Shown here: piece after piece, positions 1 to 6,048 of the stretch
Position numbering within the stretch: the first letter of the stretch is position 1
Layout: every line of letters starts with the position of its first letter
NCBI GenBank assembly: GCA_050246815.1
Contig: JBFWVI010000065.1
Coordinates: forward strand, 1 to 15,156
DNA from: Bdellovibrionales bacterium
GTDB lineage: Bacteria; Bdellovibrionota; Bdellovibrionia; Bdellovibrionales; UBA1609
DNA length: 15,156 nt
Direction: 5' to 3'
Position numbers and translations under genes: made by a program
Notes under the pieces: model-generated
What the model was told of the DNA's origin: nothing
Databases searched by the model: none
The model's input: only the letters and a program-made list of their open reading frames with translations

Positions 1-59
1 GATAGAGCGTCGCCTTGCCAAGGCGAAGGTCGTGGGTTTGAGCCCCATCACCCGCTCCA
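1..59 (+). tRNA. tRNA-Gly (anticodon GCC), 5' end cut off by the window edge
   Basis: D-stem 3' strand GAGC (5-8); anticodon arm TCGCC-TTGCCAA-GGCGA (10-26) with GCC at 17-19; variable loop AGGTC; T arm GTGGG-TTTGAGC-CCCAT (32-48); acceptor 3' strand CACCCGC (49-55); discriminator T56, typical of bacterial tRNA-Gly; encoded CCA at 57-59. Confidence 0.95.
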
Positions 60-153
60 AAACTTTTTTGGAGATCCGGCACACCTCAGCAACCCCGATC
101 TTCTTCATGGTACTTGGTGATGGGGCTACGCGCCTCGCGCGGACTCGCGACCC

Positions 154-514
154 AGCGGCACAGTGGCGGCGATTTATTCCGATGGCATTTATAAATCAGA
201 AGATCTGGACTTCGTCTTGAAGACTTATGCGGAGGGTAAGTGGACTGAGGTTTTAGCCTCTATCGGTTTTATGAAATCGAAGGGTCATCATTATATCCAT
301 CCCAAATGCGATAAGTTTATAGAATTTGTTCCTGGCCCGGCGGGCATCGGAGATGACACCGACATAAAACCTGATAAAAAAAATTATTAAGGGTCAGACG
401 CTTTATCTTTACTCCCCAACCGATTGCATACGAGATCGATTGGCCTCGTATATTCATTTCCGAGCACGCGAATGTTTGGATCAAGCGGCCTTGGTTGCGC
501 AGCGGCTTCCCTAA
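154..514 (+). pseudogene. Frameshifted, truncated nucleotidyltransferase-like (pol-beta superfamily) gene remnant
   Basis: Frame 1 reads SGTVAAIYSDGIYKSEDLDFV...HPKCDKFIEFVPGPAGIG and stops at 388-390. Removing one A from the A8 run at 376-383 continues as IIKGQTLYLYSPTDCIRDRLASYIHFRARECLDQAALVAQRLP* (stop 512-514). The G...DLD motif and the SPTDCxxDRL segment resemble small island-associated NTase-like proteins (recalled resemblance, not searched). No convincing RBS or N-terminus. Confidence 0.7.
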
Positions 515-720
515 AACGCGGCCAGTTTCCTGTGACCAAAAGCCCGCAGCCCAAACCGGATGCCCCAAGCAACCCAGAAAACCGCCGGCCATTGGCAATA
601 ACACTGTTCTTTAATTTCTTCGCGCGAAGAAAATTTGCGTTAGAAAGAAACCCAAGTTCGAAAGCGGAGGTCACGAGAGCCGTGTCCGAGGCGGTCGGCC
701 GAGACTCCAGGCTGTACCAG

Positions 721-1632
721 CTACCGCAGAGAATGAGACGTCTTCGTCAGCAGATGCATTCGCGAAAAATTGCCGAATTTTCCAGCTTCATTGGGTTGTG
801 GGCGTAACACATTGAGACGGATATCCGAGCGTGCGGAAATAAGAGCGAGAAATTCTTGATAACTGTGATCATCTGGTCCGAGTTGCTGAAGTGAGCCATC
901 TAATTTATAAAAAACTTCATACGCAAAATGCGCCCCGACCTGCAGCTGATCTAAAACCATTTGAATAACTGCGGGGTTTTGTAAACTCGCTCCAGTCATT
1001 AGAGCGCCGTTAAGTCCGCCGCTCGATTCCATCTGACTAAGAAGCGGCGCCATGTGTGAGATGTGGTCAAAATCAAGCATATGAAGATAAATCAGCGTTT
1101 CCATTGATCTTGAACCAGGTTTAGTCCACCGCAGTCGCCAAATTCTAGGGTTGTCATGCAATGTTGGAAACATCCTAATTACTCTCTCATAGGCGGCCGT
1201 ATGATTGTCCAAGATTTCCCATGTGAATTCCGTCACAAAACCAGGCCTTACCAGTTCTACATTCCCCAGGGCATTAAGCCGTCGTTCAATCTCGCGAATA
1301 ATGCGACCTGGGTCGGACTGGCCAAATAGCATGTCGACTAAATGAAGGTGAGGAACCAGCGGGAAGTCCTGAATAAGACGAAAAATGTCTGGGCCGGAAC
1401 CGAACGAAACCGCATGCCCGGTGGACGGCGCGTTCACATGAAGGAACCTAGATTCCACAGATCCTCGACTGGATAATCTTGCAAGATCGCGGCCTTCATT
1501 ACGAAGCCCAGAGTTGATCTTCGCTATTTCCGCATGCACTTGATGCAAAGCCACCTCACAATCAGATAGATTGGTGGCAGCGTATGTCTTCAGGTTAAGC
1601 AACAGGATAAATATGACAAGCATGCGAATCAC
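721..1632 (-). CDS. Secreted hypothetical protein, possible class I SAM-dependent methyltransferase-like fold
   Basis: 303-codon ORF, GTG start with AGAGGG upstream (ATG at 1623 is an alternative). Sec-type signal peptide (RMLVIFILLLNLKTYA|A). Motifs AVSFGSGPD, LHLVD, LHMLDF and LQVGAHF occur in Rossmann MTase order. Confidence 0.8.
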   Translation of the reverse strand: MIRMLVIFILLLNLKTYAATNLSDCEVALHQVHAEIAKINSGLRNEGRDLARLSSRGSVESRFLHVNAPSTGHAVSFGSGPDIFRLIQDFPLVPHLHLVDMLFGQSDPGRIIREIERRLNALGNVELVRPGFVTEFTWEILDNHTAAYERVIRMFPTLHDNPRIWRLRWTKPGSRSMETLIYLHMLDFDHISHMAPLLSQMESSGGLNGALMTGASLQNPAVIQMVLDQLQVGAHFAYEVFYKLDGSLQQLGPDDHSYQEFLALISARSDIRLNVLRPQPNEAGKFGNFSRMHLLTKTSHSLR

Positions 1633-1663
1633 TGGCCCCTCTAGAGGAGTGGAAACTCCCTAT

Positions 1664-1679
1664 TGCCAGTCGCGTGCCA
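1664..1679 (-). promoter_or_regulatory. Putative sigma54 (-24/-12) promoter for the 303-aa gene
   Basis: Minus strand reads TGGCACGCGACTGGCA, i.e. TGGCAC-N5-TGGCA with exact GG-N10-GC spacing, about 30 nt before the start codon. Confidence 0.65.
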
Positions 1680-1707
1680 ACTCCAAAAAAGGAATGATCC
1701 TTCGCTT

Positions 1708-1730
1708 AAAGCTCATTTTGTGCGAGCTTT
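1708..1730. terminator. Possible hairpin terminator downstream of the 1744..2253 lipoprotein gene
   Basis: Inverted repeat AAAGCTC-N9-GAGCTTT 13 nt after the stop codon. The U-tract on the minus strand is weak. Confidence 0.35.
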
Positions 1731-1743
1731 TTAAACTCCTACT

Positions 1744-2253
1744 CTAAAGCGCTGGCTGCACCCGACATTCCAGCTTAAATTCGGTGAAGCGCCACTGCAC
1801 CAGGGTGGATTGATCCTTGGCAAAATTGAATCTGCGGCTGCGACGGATTTCGTAGAAGTTTTCGGGCGCACGCCAATCCGGACGCAAGAAGATGTAGTAC
1901 TCAACCTGAACCTCCGTCGGCTGAACGATGGGGCGTGCATTTGAATCATGGCCAGGAAAATTTATCCAAACCATCATCCAGCCCTCATCCGCAAATTTAA
2001 CCCAGTGATACGAGCTGCCTAGAAACTCAAGGCCGTCTTGATCCAACATGCCGATTCGCCCCATCGAAAAGCTGGTATGCTGGTCATTGAAGAGGCAATC
2101 CACGTTGACATAGCCCCCTTGCCACTCGGGATCAGGCTTAATCACCGGGGCTTGTGGGGCGTTGGGTAAGTCTTTGCCCACGCTGCTAAAACGAGCCTGA
2201 CAACTCACATTGGCCAAACCCAGCAACATCGCAACCGCCATCAACCGCATCAT
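1744..2253 (-). CDS. Hypothetical lipoprotein
   Basis: ATG at 2253 preceded by AGGGG RBS (preferred over TTG 2259). Signal MMRLMAVAMLLGLANVS|C has a lipobox-like Cys, followed by a Pro-rich linker and an aromatic, beta-rich domain. Confidence 0.8.
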   Translation of the reverse strand: MMRLMAVAMLLGLANVSCQARFSSVGKDLPNAPQAPVIKPDPEWQGGYVNVDCLFNDQHTSFSMGRIGMLDQDGLEFLGSSYHWVKFADEGWMMVWINFPGHDSNARPIVQPTEVQVEYYIFLRPDWRAPENFYEIRRSRRFNFAKDQSTLVQWRFTEFKLECRVQPAL

Positions 2254-2391
2254 CGCCAAACCCCTGAGCTTCGAATGTTTACGCCATTATCAGCCGGAAT
2301 CCCTCTTCCCGGCAGTCCAGCGAGGCCAAGGTCTTGTTAAATCACCCCTAATGTCGAGTACTTAGATTGATTTTGAACCTTAGCCGCAAAT

Positions 2392-2427
2392 GAGGACAAG
2401 ACAAAGTTGTCCTCGTTTTGAGGACAA
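2392..2427. promoter_or_regulatory. Triple 8-bp operator-like repeat (GAGGACAA / TTGTCCTC / GAGGACAA)
   Basis: Exact copies at 2392-2399 (+), 2407-2414 (inverted) and 2420-2427 (+), in the divergent intergenic region just upstream of the regulator's -35 box. Confidence 0.7.
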
Positions 2428-2432
2428 AATTA

Positions 2433-2460
2433 TTGCGGTCTATGACGCTATGCGTATAAT
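2433..2460 (+). promoter_or_regulatory. Putative sigma70 promoter of the HTH regulator
   Basis: TTGCGG (2433-2438), 16-nt spacer, perfect TATAAT (2455-2460). RBS GAGGTG at 2492-2497. Confidence 0.65.
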
Positions 2461-2501
2461 GACCTCACGCTCTTAACCTAATTTTGAGGCTGAGGTGTTG
2501 C

Positions 2502-3251
2502 ATGGACTTTCGCGAAAAAATTCGTAGCGAATACATCGAGCGCAAGAAGCGCAATCCAAATTATTCGATGCGGGCTTTTGCAAGCTCCTTAAGTATCGAC
2601 CAATCCCTTCTTTCAAAAATTTTGAGCGGCGTGCGCAAACCCTCCACCGAAATGATCCTGAAGGTTAGCCAAAAACTGGGCTTTAATGGCGATCAGGTCC
2701 GAAGCTTTTTGGCCCGTCAAGAAAAGGGCCAGACCGTCTATTACGATTTGGAACAGCTTGAAGCGGATCACCTAACCGCGCATTGGGAACACTATGCGAT
2801 TTTTGAATTGGTGCAGACCAAAACATTCAAACCCGACATCATCTGGATCGCCAAACGATTAGGTTTGTCAAAAATTGAAGTTGAAGCGGCGGTCAAACGA
2901 CTTGAAACCTTTGGCTTACTGAAAATAGACGGCGAAAACTGGAGCGTGACGCATACCAACATCTCCTTCACGGGTATCCAGCAAACCAATGAAGCCAAAC
3001 GATTTTTGCAAAAAAAATATCTCGAGATGGCCCACAACGCGATCGACAAACACACTTTAGACGAACGATTCAATGGCAGTTTGACCATTCAATGCAGCCC
3101 CGAGCTGCTACCCGCCATCAAGCGCCGCATGGATACTTTCATCAACCAGCTTGAAAAGTTCATTGCGTCTCAAGGGCCGCACGACGACGTTTACCAAGTT
3201 GTAGTGGGCTGTTATCCGCTGACCACACCGATTGAGAAATCAAACGATTAA
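2502..3251 (+). CDS. TIGR02147 / DUF4423-family protein with N-terminal XRE-type HTH (putative transcriptional regulator)
   Basis: ATG 2502 after GAGGTG. Family hallmarks: RKKRNPNYSMRAFASSLSIDQSLLSKILSGVRKPS (HTH), WEHYAIFEL, WIAKRLGLSKIEVEAAVKRLETFGLL (winged helix) and C-terminal VYQVVVGCYPLT. Confidence 0.9.
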   Translation: MDFREKIRSEYIERKKRNPNYSMRAFASSLSIDQSLLSKILSGVRKPSTEMILKVSQKLGFNGDQVRSFLARQEKGQTVYYDLEQLEADHLTAHWEHYAIFELVQTKTFKPDIIWIAKRLGLSKIEVEAAVKRLETFGLLKIDGENWSVTHTNISFTGIQQTNEAKRFLQKKYLEMAHNAIDKHTLDERFNGSLTIQCSPELLPAIKRRMDTFINQLEKFIASQGPHDDVYQVVVGCYPLTTPIEKSND

Positions 3252-3814
3252 AATAAATTGGAACGCTGACACAGTCTATAATCCTGCAGGCTGATGACTT
3301 TCGGCCGCCCAATTATCGCGGCCACGCCGTTAACCAGCGTACTGAGTAAACCTCGGCCCATATTGGCTTGTTCAGTCATCCACGCCACAGGCAACAGATC
3401 GATTTTTTTCCCCTCTGATTCGGGCACAAAATGCTCAGACACCTCGATCACCAATTCTTTGGGGTTGGCCTGACGCATGGCTAAAATTTTAGACCGATTG
3501 CTGACATTGGCAAAAAACAACATCGAACCGTTTTGCACGTGCGAAATCGGCATGTATTCATACATCACGCCTGACAACGCCAACTGACCCTCGTCCGTTT
3601 TGCGAAACGTAATGAAATAGGAATCTTTTAATTTTGCGTTCGCCACCGTCGAGCAGCGCCATGTGCTGCCGGCTAAAGACGAAACATCGGCATCCTTAAA
3701 GGAGCCTTGCAAAAATTTTTCACGCAGACTCAACTGATAACTGTCCTGCGCCTGATCGGCATACACCGCAAACGAGAATATGTACGCCAAAACCGCTACG
3801 AATGTGTCTTTCAT
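3248..3814 (-). CDS. Secreted hypothetical protein
   Basis: 188-aa ORF with signal peptide MKDTFVAVLAYIFSFAVYA|D, RBS AGGAG and an ATGA overlap with the upstream gene. Two Cys (TWRC, RLC). Its stop overlaps the convergent regulator stop (TTAA 3248-3251). Confidence 0.8.
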   Translation of the reverse strand: MKDTFVAVLAYIFSFAVYADQAQDSYQLSLREKFLQGSFKDADVSSLAGSTWRCSTVANAKLKDSYFITFRKTDEGQLALSGVMYEYMPISHVQNGSMLFFANVSNRSKILAMRQANPKELVIEVSEHFVPESEGKKIDLLPVAWMTEQANMGRGLLSTLVNGVAAIIGRPKVISLQDYRLCQRSNLF

Positions 3815-4338
3815 CGGTTGGCTCCTGCTTTATAGGGAATGTTCTTGGTCTTTTCAAACTGAACCACTTTTGAAATACGAATGGGGCTGAGGCCCGAGGC
3901 AAATAACCGCCAGTTGGGGGCGACGCTGCTGAAGACCCCAAAGATCAAAAAAAGACCCACCAACAAGCTGATCCAGCCGGACCTTTTGTTCAGCTCCAGC
4001 AACACAGGGTTGCGCGTGCGAATGCCGTCAAAAACACCAAACAAGCCGGCCAGCACAAACAAGAGCAGACAAGGGATCACCAGAACCCAAAAGTTGAAAT
4101 TCAACTCGACCACGGATTGAGTAGCTTCCGGATAAAGTGAAAAACTGTCGATTTGACCAAAAAATTGAGGCGATAAAAAATAGCCATGTAGCGAGGGCAA
4201 CACCAGATAAAACCAAACCACTAAGCCCGAAAGATAAAATACCACAGGGCTCATCAAGAAAAACAGCAGCGCCCGCTGAACGGATGTTTTTGCTTGGCGC
4301 TGTAATTCTGGGCTGCCCTGTAAATGTATACGAATCAT
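3811..4338 (-). CDS. Hypothetical integral membrane protein (about 3 TM helices)
   Basis: 175-aa ORF with RBS GGGGGA, three long hydrophobic segments, translationally coupled to the 188-aa gene. Confidence 0.75.
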   Translation of the reverse strand: MIRIHLQGSPELQRQAKTSVQRALLFFLMSPVVFYLSGLVVWFYLVLPSLHGYFLSPQFFGQIDSFSLYPEATQSVVELNFNFWVLVIPCLLLFVLAGLFGVFDGIRTRNPVLLELNKRSGWISLLVGLFLIFGVFSSVAPNWRLFASGLSPIRISKVVQFEKTKNIPYKAGANR

Positions 4339-4364
4339 GAATCCCCCGACTCATGACGGATTGA

Positions 4365-4380
4365 AGCGAAGACTGTGCCA
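4365..4380 (-). promoter_or_regulatory. Putative sigma54 (-24/-12) promoter for the 4338..3248 operon
   Basis: Minus strand reads TGGCACAGTCTTCGCT, i.e. TGGCAC-N5-TCGCT with GG-N10-GC spacing, 26 nt before the ATG. Confidence 0.65.
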
Positions 4381-4420
4381 CCTTGAGACTGCCTCATGTT
4401 GGCGTACACCAAAACTTCAC

Positions 4421-4491
4421 GTTCAAACCATGGACGCGCTTTGAAAGAATGGACGCGTGTCTAACTTTAGGACGTCGTCTTATTTTGAGAC
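4421..4491. repeat. Phased array of four 15-bp pseudo-palindromic boxes (candidate activator binding sites)
   Basis: GTTCAAACCATGGAC 4421-4435, TTTGAAAGAATGGAC 4440-4454, GTCTAACTTTAGGAC 4459-4473 and GTCTTATTTTGAGAC 4477-4491. Period is 19/19/18 nt and all four end in GAC. Confidence 0.5.
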
Positions 4492-4498
4492 AAAAGCC

Positions 4499-4774
4499 TT
4501 AGGGTTTCGAATTGATCAGAATCAAACCACCCATGACAAAGAAGGCGCCCGCGGCCACATATTTCAAGACCTGGGGATTGAGCCACTCCGACAGCATGCG
4601 ACCTGCAAAAACGCCGACCGTGCCGGCCAGGGCCAATCCAAACACCACACCCAGCCAAACCGGAATCAAGCTTTTGGCTTGGGCGGCTGCGGCCATAGCG
4701 GCAAATTGGGTTTTATCGCCAATTTCGGCCAGAAAAATCGTCAAAAATGTAGTTAAAAATAATTTTAAGTCCAT
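4499..4774 (-). CDS. TMEM165/GDT1 (UPF0016) family protein, single-domain Ca2+/Mn2+:H+ exchanger half
   Basis: ATG 4774 after AAGGA RBS. Signature FLAEIGDKTQ. 91 aa with three TM helices. Confidence 0.93.
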   Translation of the reverse strand: MDLKLFLTTFLTIFLAEIGDKTQFAAMAAAAQAKSLIPVWLGVVFGLALAGTVGVFAGRMLSEWLNPQVLKYVAAGAFFVMGGLILINSKP

Positions 4775-4814
4775 GTTCCTTGCCAATCCCTAGGGTGAAC
4801 AGCACTCTAAATCC

Positions 4815-6038
4815 ATGGGCCCCAAAAGAAAACCATTTCACCAACTTTTGCATCGCGTGAGAGCGCCGGTCGAACATTTTTTGCAATTTGAAGCCAGCAG
4901 CGGGTTGTTGCTTTTGGCTGTCACTGCGGTCGCTTTGCTGTGGGCCAATTCGCCCTGGCAAGAAAGTTATGAAAATCTTTTGCACTGGCCCTTCTTCAAC
5001 TCCACTTTGCACCACTGGATCAATGACGGCTTGATGGTGATCTTCTTTTTTGTGGTGGGACTTGAAATCAAACGCGAACTGACTTTGGGAGAACTGTCGG
5101 ATCGTCGCCGTGCGGCCTTACCTATGGTCGCAGCACTGGGTGGCATGATTGTGCCCGCTTTATTCTATAGCCTTTTGAATTGGCAGGGTGTGGGCCGCGC
5201 CGGCTGGGGCATCCCCATGGCCACCGACATCGCCTTTGCGGTGGGTGTGCTGACTTTGTTCGGCCGCAAAGTGCCCTTGGCACTGAAGGTATTTTTGTTG
5301 GCGTTGGCCATCGTTGATGATTTGGGCGCGGTGCTGGTGATTGCTCTGTTCTACACGCAAAAGATCTCGCTGCTTTCCTTGGGGCTGGCGGTGTTCGGGT
5401 TGTGTTTGATTGTGCTTTTGCGGCGTATGAATGTGCGTCACTTTTGGGTTTATTGGATCATGGGAATCTTGATTTGGTACCAAGTCCTGCAAAGTGGTGT
5501 GCATGCCACTGTGGCGGGAGTGATTCTGGGCTTGATGACTCCCGTGCATCCCCTGCCCGGTCAAACGAAAAGCCCCTTGGATCAGTTGATCCATCAACTG
5601 CATGGCTTAGTGAGTTTTTTGATTATGCCGATCTTCGCCTTGGCCAATGCCGGAGTCCACCTGGGCTCATCGCCCCAAGCCTCTGCGGAGATGGCGCCCC
5701 CCCTCTTGTCACACCCCATCACTCAGGGTGTGATTCTGGGTTTACTGCTGGGTAAACCCATCGGCGTAGTGCTGTTTTCATGGCTCGCGATCAAAATGAA
5801 CTGGGCCACTATGCCCAGGGGAGTGAGTTGGCGTCATATGCTGGCCGCAGGATCTTTAGCGGGGATTGGATTCACAATGGCGCTTTTCATCAGCAATCTG
5901 GCGTTAAAAACACCAGAGCTCGAGCACTATAGCAAATCTGGTATTCTAATCGCCTCGGCTTTAGCCGCAGGCCTGGGCATCTTGATGTTGTTGCTGCTAC
6001 CAGCCGGAAAAAATCAAAATCTGAGACTAGATCTCTAG
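4815..6038 (+). CDS. nhaA: Na+/H+ antiporter NhaA
   Basis: Motifs WINDGLMxxFFFVVGLEIKRE, GWGIPMATDIAF, LALAIVDDLGA (catalytic Asp-Asp), SGVHATVAGV, GKPIG and GIGFTMALFI. Confidence 0.97.
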   Translation: MGPKRKPFHQLLHRVRAPVEHFLQFEASSGLLLLAVTAVALLWANSPWQESYENLLHWPFFNSTLHHWINDGLMVIFFFVVGLEIKRELTLGELSDRRRAALPMVAALGGMIVPALFYSLLNWQGVGRAGWGIPMATDIAFAVGVLTLFGRKVPLALKVFLLALAIVDDLGAVLVIALFYTQKISLLSLGLAVFGLCLIVLLRRMNVRHFWVYWIMGILIWYQVLQSGVHATVAGVILGLMTPVHPLPGQTKSPLDQLIHQLHGLVSFLIMPIFALANAGVHLGSSPQASAEMAPPLLSHPITQGVILGLLLGKPIGVVLFSWLAIKMNWATMPRGVSWRHMLAAGSLAGIGFTMALFISNLALKTPELEHYSKSGILIASALAAGLGILMLLLLPAGKNQNLRLDL

Positions 6039-6048
6039 AGCTCTTGCA

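Noticed and set aside
55..73. Hairpin CTCCAAAA-CTT-TTTTGGAG overlapping the tRNA CCA end
   Set aside because: AT-rich with a 3-nt loop, no following U-tract, and it competes with the acceptor stem. Not supportable as a terminator or regulatory switch.
317..807. ORFs 317..604(-), 387..674(-) and 424..807(+)
   Set aside because: No RBS or recognisable motifs, and they overlap the NTase remnant or the 303-aa gene. Most likely spurious.
63..1691. 11-bp inverted repeat CTTTTTTGGAG (63-73) / CTCCAAAAAAG (1681-1691) bracketing the tRNA-proximal islet, considered as mobile element ends
   Set aside because: Short and low complexity (A6/T6), no target-site duplication, and no transposase or integrase. 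I also found no direct repeat of the tRNA 3' end longer than CTCCAAAA, so no att site can be claimed.
4421..4491. Periodic boxes considered as a degenerate CRISPR or mini-array
   Set aside because: Units are 15 bp with 3-4 nt gaps, far too short for repeat-spacer architecture, and no cas genes are present.
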